Below are positions 39,286-52,440 of a stretch of DNA of 64,000 nt, piece by piece; position 1 is the stretch's first letter; each line of letters begins with the position of its first letter. Position numbers and translations under genes: made by a program. A model generated the notes under the pieces. It was given only the letters and a program-made list of their open reading frames with translations, ran no database searches and was not told the DNA's origin. The stretch is from an uncultured delta proteobacterium (GTDB lineage Bacteria; Myxococcota; Myxococcia; Myxococcales; Myxococcaceae): NCBI GenBank assembly GCA_963771175.1, contig CAVYSY010000024.1, forward strand, positions 1 to 64,000, read 5' to 3'.

Positions 39286-40435
39286 TCACCCGCCTCGCGT
39301 CACCCGCCGGTACACCACGTCATGCCGGCGCACCAGCCGCTCCAGGGACAGCTCCCGCTCCACGAAGGCCCGCGCCTCGGCCCCCATGCGTCGGCCCAGT
39401 TCCCGATCCCTCAGCAGCCGCTGGAAGGCCTCGCTCATCGCCTGGGGCTGGAGGGACGGCACCACCAGGCCCCGCTCCCCGTCCGACACCAGCTCCGGGT
39501 TGCCCCCCACCCGCGTCACCACCATGGGCAGCCCCGCCGCCATGCCCTCCATCACCGCGTTGGACAGGCCCTCGGCCGTGGAGCACAGCACGCCGAAGTC
39601 CGCCCGCGCGTAGAGAGCCGGCACGTCCGCCCGGTGCCCCAGGAAGTGGACCGTGTCCGTCAGGCCCAGCTCCTTCGCCATCCGCTCCAGCTCCGGCCGC
39701 CGCGGGCCATCCCCCACCAGGAAGGCGTGCAGCACGCAGCCCCTTGAGGCGCACCATCGCCAGCGCCCGCAGCAGATCCTCCTGCCGCTTCACCGGGTGG
39801 TTCATGTTCGCCACGTGCACCACCACCGGCACGCCCTTCGTGTCCGGAAGCGGCGCCTTCAGCCCCTCGCGCACCCGCGCGTCGAAGCGCGCCAGGTCCA
39901 GGCCGTTGGGGATGACGGACACCCGCTCCGCCGACAGCCCCTCCTCCTCCACCAGCATCCGGCGGACGGCCTCGGCGTTGGCCACCACGTGGTCCGCCAG
40001 CTGCGTGAGGGCCTGGAGCACCGCCCGCCGCGCCTTGCCGTGCCAGTGGGCCAGATCCAACCGCCCGACAATCACCTTCGTCCCCGCCAGCTTCGCCGCG
40101 GGCACCACCAGCATCGTCGAATAGAAGTCGTGCGCGTGGACCAACTCCACCCGCTCGCGGCGCAGCCAGCTCGCCAGCCGCACCATCTGGAGGGCCGAGT
40201 TGGGCCGCGCCAGCGAGCCCTTCAGGGGAAATACCTCCGGGACATGGCCGAGCTGGTGAACCGCCCCCATCAGTGGCCCCTCGTCCTGCAGCACCGCCAC
40301 CTGCACCCGATAGCTGGAGGGGAGCCCTCGCAACAGCTCCACCACCTGCACCTCGGTCCCACCGATGTGGAACGACTTGGTGAACTGCACCAGGCGAAGG
40401 GGCTCCTCCGCCATCCGCGCCTCCTCACGCCGCAT
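39286..40435 (-). CDS. GT4 glycosyltransferase; frameshift near 39740
   Basis: IGGTE, VHAHD, VIPNGLD, VGDGP, EGLSNAVMEGMAAGLP. Confidence 0.9.
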
Positions 40436-41744
40436 GGTTCGAGCCCTCCCAGCTCGCCGCCAGCTGCCCCTTCACCACCGGAATCTTCACCGAGTCCTCC
40501 GCCTCCTGCGCCTGGGCGATGCGATGGGCGCACGCCGCCAGACCGAACAGCACGTACAGGTGCGCGGAGAGGATGTAGCCGGAGAACAGGTCACAGATGA
40601 GATAGCCCGCCATGGAGGCCGAGAGCCCTCGGGCCAGCCATCCCACCTGGGTGTTGCGCGAGGCCGCGAAGGCCCCGCCCGTCGCGCCTCCGGCGAACAC
40701 CAGGAAGAAGAGCAGGCCTACCCAGCCCAGCTCGCCGATGACGTCCAGGAAGATGTTGTGCGCCACGTACGCGCGCGTCGCCTCGGGTGGCGCGTACAGC
40801 GGCCAGGCGAAGCGGAAGCCCCCGGCCCCCACGCCCAGCAGCGGCTTGTCCAGGCTGATGCGCGACGTCACCTGCCACGCGTACACGCGGCCCATGGCCG
40901 AGGCGTCCTCGTGGAACGTCGCCACCGTCTCGTTGCGCTGCCAGAAGCTCCGCGGCGCGAAGATGACCAGCCCCAGCGCGAGCGCCGTCCCCAGCAGCAC
41001 CGAGCGCAGCTTCTTCTGCTCGCGCAGGGCCCAGATGCTCATGGCCACCGACAGGCCGATGAAGCCACCGCGCGAGTAGGTGAAGACGATGGCCACCACC
41101 GCCAGGACCACCGCCACCGCGCACGCCGCGCGCCACGGCCAGCCGCTCTCCTTGCGCGCCAGGAAGGCCACCGCCAGCGGCACGATGATCGCCAGGTTCA
41201 TGGCCGAGCGGTTCGGGTCCGCGTACACCTCTATCCAGTGCGCCCGGTAGCCCTCCACCAGCGTCTCGGGCGTGCCGGTGAGGTACGTGTTGATGACGCC
41301 GTGGGACGTGACGAGCGACCCCAACACCATCGCCCCACACACCAGCGCCAGCCGCTTGGGCGTGGTCACCACGTTCACCAGCGTCAGGTAGATGGCCGTC
41401 AGCTTCAGCAGCTCGATGGCCGTGAAGCGCGTCACCTCCGGGTTCACCGACCACGTCATGGAGGCCAGCGCCAACCCCGAGAAGGCCAGCAGCGCCACGC
41501 CTCGCACCCCGTCGAAGTAGAGCGGCTCGGAGCGCCCCACCCTCCGCAGCGCCATCATCCCCGCCGCCAGCCCCGACGCGAGCAGTGCCGGCCGCAACGG
41601 AGCCAGCGCGGGTATCCACGCCTGCGGCACCATGTACATCAGCGCCGCGAACGCGGTCAGCGCATAGAACGCCACCACATCGCGGCGTTCTGTCGTCTCG
41701 CCAACCCCCATCCCATCCTCCTCGCGCCCGGAGCCCACGAACAC
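40425..41744 (-). CDS. O-antigen ligase/Wzy-like membrane protein
   Basis: Multi-pass membrane protein with YADPN, TYSRGG, PLLGVG and VAHNIFL...ELG. Confidence 0.85.
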   Translation of the reverse strand: MFVGSGREEDGMGVGETTERRDVVAFYALTAFAALMYMVPQAWIPALAPLRPALLASGLAAGMMALRRVGRSEPLYFDGVRGVALLAFSGLALASMTWSVNPEVTRFTAIELLKLTAIYLTLVNVVTTPKRLALVCGAMVLGSLVTSHGVINTYLTGTPETLVEGYRAHWIEVYADPNRSAMNLAIIVPLAVAFLARKESGWPWRAACAVAVVLAVVAIVFTYSRGGFIGLSVAMSIWALREQKKLRSVLLGTALALGLVIFAPRSFWQRNETVATFHEDASAMGRVYAWQVTSRISLDKPLLGVGAGGFRFAWPLYAPPEATRAYVAHNIFLDVIGELGWVGLLFFLVFAGGATGGAFAASRNTQVGWLARGLSASMAGYLICDLFSGYILSAHLYVLFGLAACAHRIAQAQEAEDSVKIPVVKGQLAASWEGSNHAA

Positions 41745-41855
41745 AGGCTTGCGCTAGCAGGCGATATGCCAGCGGCCCCCGAGGGCAAAGGTCCGTGGAT
41801 CCAACCCCTTAGCGATCAGGGCTCCCCGGCGCGGAGAAAGGGAGGACTGAAAGGA

Positions 41856-43530
41856 TTACGGCTCTCCGCCCTGCATGGGCAGCAGAACGGAGGCGATGGG
41901 ATTCAACTTGCCCTCCTGGAGGAACGACGGCGCCAGCTCCTCCAGCAGGCGAGCGAGCGTCACCCTCACCAGACGGCGCAGCTCGGGGCGGGCCGACTCG
42001 GGCACCGCCGGCTCCAGCACCGCCACCACCTTGTCGGCCACGTCCGGGCGCAGGCGCGGGGCCTCCGGGGTGCCCTCGAAGAGCATCGCCGCCAGCGCGT
42101 CGCCCCGCCCCGAGGGCACCGGGCGCGGATCCACCTTCCCCTCCAGCAGGGCCAGGGCCACCGTGGCGGCGAAGAACCGGTCCACCCCGAGCACGCGCGG
42201 CTCCACGCCGAAGCGGGCCAGCAGCTCGTGCGCTCGCTGCGCCGAGCCACCGAGCAGCGCGCCCAGCAGCGCCACCTGGGCCTCGGCCCGGGCCAGCACC
42301 TCCTCGCTGAAGGCCAACTCCCGCCGCGAGCGGAAGGGCACCGGCTCCGCGCCGGGCACCTTCAGCACGCGGCGCGGGCGCTTGCGGCGCAGGGCCTCGA
42401 GGGCGACGGCCTCCTCGGGAAAGAGCAGCGGCGTGCCCTCCACCTGGGCCAGGGGCTGCTTCATCAGCCGGTCCGCGCGGAACTTGAGCGCCAGCGTCAG
42501 CGAGAAGCCCACCTGGAAGACGCGCTTGAGCTCCGTGTCGCGCACCACCTGCGCGGCGCGCGCGGGATCTCCCCCCGTCAGGTGCTCCAGCCCCAGCAGC
42601 AGGTAGTCCCGGGCCATCTCGCCCACGCGGCGGATGGCGTCCAGCTCGCCCGGCTCCTCCACCTCGGCCACCAGCGTGGCGTTGGCGAGGTAGCGCAGCT
42701 CCGTCTCCAGGTTTTCCCGCTCCACCTCGTCCAGGGCGCGGAAGGCGGCCTCCAGGTAGTCCGGCTGGCCCTGCCCGGGCACGAGCGCCGTGCCCGCTGC
42801 CGGAGCCGGCGAGACACCCGTGTCCACCCGGCTGAAGAGGCGCATGGCATCCTCCAGCGGAGGGAAACCCATGTCCTGCAGCCGCGCCGTGCGGAAGCGG
42901 TACGCCGTCTCCTCCAGCTCGGTGGGCACGTCCCAGCGCGACGGCCTCGAGGAAGCGCACCGCCTCGAAGGGGTTGTCCGCGATGAGATCGTTGAGGAGC
43001 GAGCGCATGGCGGACAGCTCCGGCCCCTCCACGCCCTTGAACTCCACGAGGTAGCGCCCCTCGGGCGTCTCCAGCGTCACGCCCTCCACATGGACGTCCG
43101 GGTTCTCCTCCAGGTCGTGGAGGAGGGAGAACTCGCGCAGGAGCATCTCCAGCACCTCGATGTCCACCTTGCGCAGCTTCTGGAGGAACTCCGCGGAGTC
43201 GTCCCCGCGCGCGGCGCGCAGCCAGGTGAGCACCTCGTGCGGCGCGAGCTGGTCCTTCTTCCACCCGCCCAGGTCCACGAAGGTGCGGAACTGCTCGGGC
43301 GAGGCGAGCTGGACGAGCTCGGTCGAGTCCGCCAGTCCCACCTCCGCGATGGTGAAGTACAGGTCCTCCGCGGGCAGCGCGCGCACCAGCTCCCGCGCGC
43401 CGCGCCCTTCGAGGATGGCCTCGAGCCGCTTCCGGACGGGAAGGGCCGCGAGCTGCCGACGCACGAGGCTCAGCGCGTGCTGGGTGTCACTGCCGTTGCC
43501 ACTGCTTCCGTTTCCATTGCCGTTCGCCAC
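41856..43530 (-). CDS. conserved deltaproteobacterial protein (DUF6178-like); frameshift near 42935
   Basis: LPAEDLYFTIAEVGLAD, FVDLGGW, ELEETAYRFRTARLQDMGF across two ORFs. Confidence 0.7.
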
Positions 43531-43549
43531 GGCGCGTGCCTACCACAGG

Positions 43550-44161
43550 TCACGCCTTCACTGCGCCCAGCAACGCTTCCCACACCTCTTCCAGGCCCAG
43601 CTTCTCCGTGGCGGAGAAGGACATGACGGCCTCGCGAGGCAGGGAGAGCTGCTCGGCCAGGTCGTTGAGGCGGGGCTTGCGGCGGGCCTTGGGAAGCCGA
43701 TCGATCTTCGTGGCCACCACCAGGATGGGGCGGTTGGCCTCCTGCAGGTAGTCGAGTGTCTGGAAGTCGTCGGAGGTGGGTCCCACCTCGGCGTCGAGGA
43801 TGCTCACCACCACCTTCAGGTCCCGGCGCTTCTCCAGGTAGGTGGTGATCATCGTCTGCCACTGGGCGCGCTCCGTCTTGCTCACCTTGGCGAAGCCGTA
43901 GCCGGGCAGGTCGCGAAGCGCACGAGCTGCGCGCTTGCCCCCGGCCTCCACGTCCACGTCGAAGAAGTTGATCGTCCGGGTGCGACCGGGCGTGTTGGAG
44001 ACGCGCACCAGCTTCTTGCGGCCGGCCAGCGCGTTGATCATGGACGACTTGCCCACGTTGGAGCGGCCCACGAAGGCCACCTCGGGGGTGGCGTGGCCCG
44101 TGGGATAGCCCTTGGGCTCCACCGCGGTGGTCACGAAGCGGGCGTCGAGGATCTTGATCAC
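43550..44161 (-). CDS. engB: ribosome biogenesis GTP-binding protein YihA/EngB
   Basis: GRSNVGKSS, PGRT, DLPGYG, TKID. Confidence 0.95.
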   Translation of the reverse strand: MIKILDARFVTTAVEPKGYPTGHATPEVAFVGRSNVGKSSMINALAGRKKLVRVSNTPGRTRTINFFDVDVEAGGKRAARALRDLPGYGFAKVSKTERAQWQTMITTYLEKRRDLKVVVSILDAEVGPTSDDFQTLDYLQEANRPILVVATKIDRLPKARRKPRLNDLAEQLSLPREAVMSFSATEKLGLEEVWEALLGAVKA

Positions 44162-44162
44162 G

Positions 44163-44660
44163 CTATTTCTTCTTGGCCGGCTCGGGTTGAGGAGCCTCGG
44201 CGCGGGTGCCCTTCTTGCCAGTGCGCTCGGCCGACCAGTGGTCGATGGCCTTGAGCGACTCGACGAAGTCGAAGGGCTTGAGGGACGGAGAGGAGGCGTC
44301 GTGGCAGCTCCGGCAGGACTTCTCCGAGGGGTCCACCAGGCCCACGAGCCGGGCGAGCTCGGCGTCCTTCATCACGTAGGCGGGCGAGTAGTACTGACCG
44401 CCGCCGTGGCACGTCTCGCAGGTGACGTGGGAGACGCCCTGGGAGGCCTGGTCGGGCGCGTGGCAGGACAGACACCGCGCGTCCTTCTTCTGCATGTCGG
44501 AGAGCGAATCGCCGGCCCGGGCATGCTTGGACTGCATCCAGGCTTCATAGGCCGCCGGGTGGCAGCCCTTGCAGCTCTCGGGGCCGAGGAAATCGGCCGC
44601 CCCGGCGGCGCCGGAGAGGGCGAGGACGAGGAGGAGGATCCAAGAGCCGCGAGCGCGCAT
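44163..44660 (-). CDS. periplasmic tetraheme c-type cytochrome (c554-like)
   Basis: Signal peptide and four heme motifs: CKGCH, CLSCH, CETCH, CRSCH. Confidence 0.88.
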   Translation of the reverse strand: MRARGSWILLLVLALSGAAGAADFLGPESCKGCHPAAYEAWMQSKHARAGDSLSDMQKKDARCLSCHAPDQASQGVSHVTCETCHGGGQYYSPAYVMKDAELARLVGLVDPSEKSCRSCHDASSPSLKPFDFVESLKAIDHWSAERTGKKGTRAEAPQPEPAKKK

Positions 44661-44756
44661 TCGGCCCCTGCACTAGCAGACCCCCCCAGGCGGGGCAAGG
44701 CGGAGGTGCGAAAGAGGAGAGCTTGAGACGGCGCGGGTGGATCCGTTACACCTCGA

Positions 44757-45227
44757 ATGATGAAAACCATCGCCATCGTCGCCGTGCTCCTCGCCGCCGC
44801 GCCCGTGGTGGCCAAGCCGTGGCAGGGAATCGAGCCCGGGCAGTCCAAGCGCGAGCAGGTCCTCAAGAAGTTCGGGGAGCCCTCCCGCGTGGTCACCGCC
44901 GAGGGCAAGGAGATCATCGCCTACTTCGACCAGAAGGCCATCAAGGGCACCAAGCAGGTGCAGTTCAAGGTGGATCCGGGCACGCAGCTCGTCGAGCGCA
45001 TCGACGTCTTCCCCGGCCCGGTCATCGACAAGGAGTCGGTGGAGAGCACCTACGGTGCCGCCTGCCCGGCCGGCAAAGCGCCGCCCAGCCCCTGCTACCA
45101 GAAGAAGCTGACGGACGACTTCCGCACCTACCTGCTCTACCCCCGGCTGGGACTGGCCGTCTTCCTCAACGAGGACGGCAAGACGGTGCACTCGTTCATC
45201 TTCACCACCCAGCAGGCCGCGAAGTAG
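44757..45227 (+). CDS. hypothetical exported protein
   Basis: Signal peptide MKTIAIVAVLLAAAPVVA and strong codon bias. Confidence 0.8.
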   Translation: MMKTIAIVAVLLAAAPVVAKPWQGIEPGQSKREQVLKKFGEPSRVVTAEGKEIIAYFDQKAIKGTKQVQFKVDPGTQLVERIDVFPGPVIDKESVESTYGAACPAGKAPPSPCYQKKLTDDFRTYLLYPRLGLAVFLNEDGKTVHSFIFTTQQAAK

Positions 45228-45234
45228 GCCCACC

Positions 45235-45833
45235 ATGAAACTCTATGGACTGACGGGGGGCATCGCCTCCGGCAAGAGCACCGTGAGCCGCATGCTGCGC
45301 GAGTTGGGGGCGCAGGTGCTGGACGCGGACGTCATCGCCCGCGAGGTGGTGGAGCCGGGTACCCCGGGGCTGAAGGCCGTGGCCGAGCGCTTCCCAGGCG
45401 TGCTGGGCCCGGACGGGCACCTGGACCGGGCGAAGCTGGGGGCGCGCGTCTTCGGGGACCCGAAGGAGCGGTCCGCCCTCAACGCAATCCTCCACCCGCT
45501 CATCGGCCAGGAGTTCCTCCTGCGCACCCACGCGCTCGCCAGGCAGGGGGTGGAGCGCGTCCTCTACGACGCCCCGCTGCTCATCGAGAACCGGCTGCAC
45601 GACGGGCATGGACGGGGTGGTGCTGGTGTGCGGTGCCCCGCGAGGTGCAGAAGGCCCGGATGATGGCGCGCGATGGCCTGGACGAGGCGGCGGCCGAGGC
45701 CCGGCTGGCCGCCCAGCTTCCGCTCGACGAGAAGCGCCAGCACGCTACCTGGCTGGTGGACAACTCGGGAAGTCCGGAGATGACCCGGACCCGGGTTGAA
45801 GAGGTGTGGCGCGCCATGCTCGCGCGCGGCTGA
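45235..45833 (+). CDS. coaE: dephospho-CoA kinase; frameshift near 45605-45635
   Basis: GLTGGIASGKS, DADVIAR, LNAILHP, DAPLLIE. C-terminus AQLPLDEK...DNSG is in the next frame. Confidence 0.93.
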
Positions 45834-45856
45834 AGGCCGGCTATGCTCCGCCGCCC

Positions 45857-47038
45857 ATGAGCGAGAAGCGCAAGGAAGCCCGCGGCAAGGCCGGGACATA
45901 CTTCGTCACCGGATACCCGGGCTTCATCGGTAAACGGCTGGTCGAACACATCGTCCGCGAGGAGCCCAAGGCCCACGTCTACGCCCTGGTGCAGCCCAAG
46001 CACCTCAAGGAGGCGCAGCAACTGGCCGCGAGCCTCCAGGGCACCGGGGCCACGTTGGAGCTGCTCACCGGCGACATCGTGGACATGCACCTGGGCCTGT
46101 CCGGGGAGGAGTACCAGCGGCTGTGCGAGCGGGTGACGCACATCTACCACCTGGCCGCCGTCTTCTACCTGGGCGTCCCCAAGGAGACGGCCTGGCGCAT
46201 CAACGTGGACGGCACCCGCAACGTGCTGGAGCTGGCGCGCGACTGCGAGCACCTGCAGCGCTTCAACCACTTCTCCTCCTGTCACGTCTCGGGCGACCGC
46301 CTGGGCGTCATCGCCGAGGACGAGCTGGACTGCGGCCAGGGCTTCCGCAACGTCTACGAGGAGACCAAGTTCCAGGCGGAGAAGCTCGTCCAGCGCGCCT
46401 CCTCCTCCCTGCCCGTCACCATCTTCCGCCCGTGCAGCGTGGTGGGGGACTCGCGCACGGGGGAGATTGATCGCTTCGAGGGCCCCTACTACCTGGGCAT
46501 CCTCCTGGTGACGAGCCCGCTGGTGGTGCCGCTGCCGCTGCCCGGCAACGGCGTGGCCCCGCTCAACGTGGTGCCGGTGGACTACGTGGTGCAGGCGGTG
46601 TGGGCGCTCTCGCATGACGAGCGCGCCGTGGGCGGCACCTTCCACCTGGTGGACCCCAACCCGATGAGCGCCCGTCGCGTCTACGAGCTCATCGCGGAGA
46701 AGGCCCACAAGAAGCTGCCCCGCTTCAACCTCTCCGCCCGCGCCGCGGACGTGATGATGCGGCTGCCCGTGATCGAGAAGCTGGCCCGCCCCCAGCGCGC
46801 CGCCCTCAGCTACGTCAACCACCTGGCCATCTACAACTGCCACAACACCCTGGAGCTGCTGGACGGCACCGGCATCCGCTGCCCTCCCCTCTCCTCGTAC
46901 CTCGACCAGCTCGTGGCCTACGTGCGCGATCAGTACCGCCAGCGCCGCGAGCAGGCCTCCGAGGTGGAGGATCCCCTGGACCGAACCCCCGCCGCACCGG
47001 ATGAAGAAACGGCCGCGGGCTCTCGTCGGAACCGTTAG
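45857..47038 (+). CDS. extended SDR / thioester-reductase-like (NAD-binding) oxidoreductase
   Basis: YFVTGYPGFIG, HLAA, NVDGT, YEETK, RPCSVVG. Confidence 0.85.
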   Translation: MSEKRKEARGKAGTYFVTGYPGFIGKRLVEHIVREEPKAHVYALVQPKHLKEAQQLAASLQGTGATLELLTGDIVDMHLGLSGEEYQRLCERVTHIYHLAAVFYLGVPKETAWRINVDGTRNVLELARDCEHLQRFNHFSSCHVSGDRLGVIAEDELDCGQGFRNVYEETKFQAEKLVQRASSSLPVTIFRPCSVVGDSRTGEIDRFEGPYYLGILLVTSPLVVPLPLPGNGVAPLNVVPVDYVVQAVWALSHDERAVGGTFHLVDPNPMSARRVYELIAEKAHKKLPRFNLSARAADVMMRLPVIEKLARPQRAALSYVNHLAIYNCHNTLELLDGTGIRCPPLSSYLDQLVAYVRDQYRQRREQASEVEDPLDRTPAAPDEETAAGSRRNR

Positions 47039-47040
47039 CC

Positions 47041-47986
47041 ATGCGACACACCCTCTCCCGTCTCCTGTTCCTCCCGCTCTCCGCCCTGCTCGGCACGGCC
47101 TGTCTCATCGACACCGGTCCCCACCCCGTGAAGGACCCGTGCGACCCCAACCCGTGCACCCAGGGCGACAAGACCTCGTGCGTCAACGAGGACGGCAACG
47201 CGCGCTGCCTCTGCAAGCCGGGCACCGTCGCGCGGCCGAGCGGCGCCTGCGAGCCCGTCTCCACCACCAACTGCGCCGAGCACACCGGCGACAGCGCCGA
47301 GCCGGATGACTGCCTCGCGCGCGCCGTCACGCTCACCCCCAGCAGCTCGCAGCGGCAGCAGAGCATCGACCCCATCGGCGACTACGACTTCTTCCGGCTC
47401 GACGGCACCCTGAGCGACATCTACTCCGTCACCGTGGAGCCCGGGCCGGGCTCGCTCATGCCGCGCGTGGACGTCTTCGACCAGGCGGGCGTCTGGCTGA
47501 CCTCCCAGGATGGCCGTCCCAAGGCCCAGGTGGCCTTCAAGGCCCGCGCCACCGCGCCCTACTACGTGCGCGTGAGCCACTCGCCCATGGACCCGTCCGC
47601 CGCCACCGGCGCCTACGCGCTCAGCTTCTCCTCGCTGGGCCAGGATGACTACGGCGACAACTCGGGCGAGGCCACCACCGTCGTCCCGGACGTAGGCGGC
47701 ACCCAGAGCCCGACCAACCGCAACGGCAGCATCCAGTACGCCCAGGACGAGGACTGGATCGCCATCGCCGCCACCCAGGGCTACCACGTACCGCATCGAG
47801 TTCAACACCAACCGCTTCGTCCCCGCGCTCGCCGCCTTCACCCGCGAGGACACGAAGCAGCCGTTCCTCACCACGAGGAACTCGTACGTGGAGATTCGCG
47901 CGGCCACCACCACCACGCTCTACCTCGACTTCTACTCGCCCAACGGCGAGACGGGCGCCTACGAATTCCGGGTGCTGCGCTACTAA
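47041..47986 (+). CDS. lipoprotein with EGF-like and PPC-like domains; frameshift near 47785
   Basis: LGTAC lipobox, CDPNPC...CLC, and DYDFF / DEDW motifs. The shifted frame ends at TAA 47986. Confidence 0.7.
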
Positions 47987-48879
47987 CGCAGCGTGATGAC
48001 GTCCTGGTCCAGCAACTGGGCCAGGACGCGCAGCGTGTCCAGCCGGGACATGCCGGACACGGAGAAGAGGGCCTCGCAGCTCATCCTCCCGTCCAGCCGC
48101 GACAGCACGAAGCCCGCGCGCGGATCCAGCTTGAGCTGCATCAGCTCCTTGGGCGACAGCCGCACCGCGGGCACGCGCTTCAGGTCTCCCAGCTTCGCCT
48201 CCAGCGCCGCCTGCTGCTCGCGCGCGCAGCGCTCGCGGGCCACCGCCAGCCTCGGGTCGCCCGGGGCGATCGCCTCGGCCTTGAGCAGCAGATCCATCGC
48301 GCTCGACGCATCTCCCAGCGCGAGCAGATCCTCTACCCCCACCAGCAGCGTGGGCACCCCCTGGCGCGGGGCCGCCTGGGGCACGGGCTGCGGCGAAAAC
48401 ACGGGCAGCACCGATGGCAAGGGCGTGAGCGCCTTCATCGCCACGGGCCGAGCGGGAATAACCGGCTTCACCGCCACGGGCGGCTGCACGGCCTTGGCGT
48501 CGTCCTCGGCGAGGAAGTCCAGCACGTCGGCGGTGATGTGGCTCCCCTGCACGGAGACATCGGAACCCTCGGCGGCGGCCTCGTCCAGCAGGACGATGTC
48601 CACCTCCGCCGCGGGCTGCGGCGGGGGCACGAGGGAGATGGACATGGGGCGCACCTGGGGCACGGGCGCGGAGGCACGAGCGGCGGTGCTCTTCGCGAGC
48701 CACTCCTGCGCCCGGCGGTTGGTCGGGTCGTGCGCCAGGGCCCGCATGAACAGGCGCCGGGCCCCCTCCTCGTCACCACCCAGGCGCAGCCAGAGGCCCG
48801 CCTCGATGAGCTGATTGGCCCGGAGGACGCCATCGTTCGGGCCCGGGTCGATTCCAATGGAGGCTTGCGACGCGATCAT
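47983..48879 (-). CDS. hypothetical protein with TPR-like ends and a Pro-rich linker
   Basis: RALAHDPTNRRAQEWL and C-terminal LDPRAGFVLSRLDG. Confidence 0.7.
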   Translation of the reverse strand: MIASQASIGIDPGPNDGVLRANQLIEAGLWLRLGGDEEGARRLFMRALAHDPTNRRAQEWLAKSTAARASAPVPQVRPMSISLVPPPQPAAEVDIVLLDEAAAEGSDVSVQGSHITADVLDFLAEDDAKAVQPPVAVKPVIPARPVAMKALTPLPSVLPVFSPQPVPQAAPRQGVPTLLVGVEDLLALGDASSAMDLLLKAEAIAPGDPRLAVARERCAREQQAALEAKLGDLKRVPAVRLSPKELMQLKLDPRAGFVLSRLDGRMSCEALFSVSGMSRLDTLRVLAQLLDQDVITLR

Positions 48880-49107
48880 CGGACCTCCAGAACGGAGCCC
48901 TTTCGGGGGAACTCAGGAAAGCGCTTCAACTTCCGCGAAATCCTAAGCCCCGGCCCAAACCGCGTCAAACGCTATTGGCGGATTTTTTCAGGGCGAAAGC
49001 AACCCTTCATCCGCCAACATTCTTCTCGAATTTCAAGATTTTGAGATCACCCGCCTCCGAGGCGCACTCTCAGGAAATGAGCGTGCGCCCTCCGGAGCGG
49101 GCGGTGC

Positions 49108-50346
49108 TCAGGACTTCAGCGCGCGCTCGAGGATGCGCACGCCCTGGTCGATCTCGTCGTGCGAGACGACGTAGGCCGGGGCGAAGCGGATCGTCTTCTC
49201 GCCGGCCGCGTTGCAGAGCAGGCCGAGCTCGCGGCACTTCGCGATGAAGGGCGCGGAGTCATGGAAGAGCTCCACGCCGATCAGCAGACCGAGGCCCCGC
49301 ACCTCCTTGATGACGGTGGGCAGGCGGGCCTGCAGCTCCCGGAGGCGGGAGAGGAAGTAATCGCCCTTCTGCGTCACGTCCCGGAGCATCTGGGGCTCGG
49401 TCACCTTGCGGACGACGACGTTGGCGGCGGTGGCGGTGATGAGGTTGCCGCCGAAGGTGGAGCCGTGGGTGCCCGGCACGAGGCTCTTGCCGGCCTCCTC
49501 GGTGCACAGCATGGCGCCAATGGGCAGGCCGTTGCCGAGCGACTTCGCCAGGCTGATGGCGTCCGGGCGGATGTCGTCGTGCTGGTAGGCGAAGACCTTG
49601 CCGGTGCGGCCCATGCCGGTCTGGATCTCGTCCACGAGCAGCAGCAGGCCCTGCTCGTCGCACAGGGCGCGCAGACCCTTGAGGAAGCCCGGGGGCGCCA
49701 TGCGCACGCCGCCCTCGCCCTGGATGGGCTCCACGAGGATGGCGGCGGTGTGCGGGTTCACGGCCTTGCGCACCGCGTCCAGGTCCCCGTAGGGCACATG
49801 GGTGAAGCCAGCCGGCAGGGGCTCGAAGCCCTTCTGGTACTTGGTCTGGCCGGTGGCGGTGACGGTGGCCAGCGTGCGCCCGTGGAAGGAGTTCTCGAAG
49901 GTGATGATCTCGTAGCGGTCGGTGTTGCCGCGGTCCTTCTGGACCTTGCGGGCCAGCTTGATGAGCGCCTCGTTGGCCTCCGCGCCCGAGTTGCAGAAGA
50001 AGGCGCGCTCCAGGCCCGAGGCGGCGCAGAGCCGGGCGGCCAGGTCGATCTGCGGCTCCGAGTAGAAGACGTTCGAGACGTGCCAGAGCTTCTCGAGCTG
50101 GGTCCGCACGGCGACCACCACCTCCGGGTGGCAGTGGCCGAGCGCGCACGTGGCGATGCCACCGAGCAGATCCAGGTACTCGCGGCCGTCCGCGTCCCAG
50201 ACGCGCGAGCCCAGGCCGCGCTCGAGCACGATGGGCTGCTGCTTGTAGTTCTGCAGCAGGTGGGCCTTGGCCTTCTCCATCCACTGCTCGTTCTTGCCAG
50301 TGGCGGGAGAGGACTGGGGGACGGTATCGGTCTTCGCGGTGGTCAT
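49108..50346 (-). CDS. argD: acetylornithine aminotransferase
   Basis: FCNSGAEANE, SFHGRT, EPIQGEGG, DEIQTG, AKSLGNG, HGSTFGGN. Confidence 0.93.
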   Translation of the reverse strand: MTTAKTDTVPQSSPATGKNEQWMEKAKAHLLQNYKQQPIVLERGLGSRVWDADGREYLDLLGGIATCALGHCHPEVVVAVRTQLEKLWHVSNVFYSEPQIDLAARLCAASGLERAFFCNSGAEANEALIKLARKVQKDRGNTDRYEIITFENSFHGRTLATVTATGQTKYQKGFEPLPAGFTHVPYGDLDAVRKAVNPHTAAILVEPIQGEGGVRMAPPGFLKGLRALCDEQGLLLLVDEIQTGMGRTGKVFAYQHDDIRPDAISLAKSLGNGLPIGAMLCTEEAGKSLVPGTHGSTFGGNLITATAANVVVRKVTEPQMLRDVTQKGDYFLSRLRELQARLPTVIKEVRGLGLLIGVELFHDSAPFIAKCRELGLLCNAAGEKTIRFAPAYVVSHDEIDQGVRILERALKS

Positions 50347-50386
50347 GTTCGTGGTCTGGGGCACGGTGGCTCGCTCCCTCGGTGGA

Positions 50387-51781
<1,395 letters not shown>

Positions 51782-51792
51782 GGTGAAGTCCC

Positions 51793-52320
51793 TCAGAGCT
51801 CTTCGATGGTGATGTTGGAGTTGGTGTAGACGCAGATGTCCGCGGCGATCTGCATGGAGTAGGTGGCCACCTCGCGCGCGGACAGTTGCGTGTGCTCCAT
51901 GAGGGCGCGGGCGGCGGCGAGCGCGTACGAGCCTCCGCTGCCCACGGCGGCGATGCCGTAGTCGGGCTCGATGACGTCGCCAGCGCCGGAGAGGATGAAG
52001 GTCTTCTCGCGGTCGGCCACGATGAGCAGGGCCTCCAGACGGCGGAGGAAGCGATCGGTGCGCCAGTCCTTGCCGAGCTCCACGCAGGCGCGGGCCAGGT
52101 TCTTCTGGTGCTCCTTGAGACGGGCTTCGAAACGCTCGAAGAGGGTGAAGGCGTCGGCGGTGCTGCCCGCGAAGCCGGCGAGGACGGAGCCGTCACCGAT
52201 GCGACGGACCTTCTTCGCCGTGTTCTTCATGATGGTCTTGTCGAGACTGACCTGACCGTCACCCGCGATGACGACTCTTCCCTCTCTGCGCACGCAGAGG
52301 ATGGTGGTGCCGTGGAACAT
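51793..52320 (-). CDS. hslV: ATP-dependent protease subunit HslV
   Basis: [31 protein letters not shown]. Confidence 0.96.
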   Translation of the reverse strand: MFHGTTILCVRREGRVVIAGDGQVSLDKTIMKNTAKKVRRIGDGSVLAGFAGSTADAFTLFERFEARLKEHQKNLARACVELGKDWRTDRFLRRLEALLIVADREKTFILSGAGDVIEPDYGIAAVGSGGSYALAAARALMEHTQLSAREVATYSMQIAADICVYTNSNITIEEL

Positions 52321-52440
52321 GCCTGGGGGTTTAACAAGGGCAGGCGGGCGTTTCCACGATTCACCCACTGCCTGTTCGCCCCCACACCTTCCCCGAGACC
52401 GGGGAACGACGCGTGCGCTCCAGAGGTGACAGGGGGCCGT

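Noticed and set aside
47041..49044. 667-aa ORF as one protein
   Set aside because: After ~47785 it runs out of frame and antisense to the 47983..48879 gene. The real gene ends at ~47986.
48880..49100. AT-richer intergenic stretch as an ncRNA
   Set aside because: No recognisable RNA family or convincing structure. It is probably promoter sequence.
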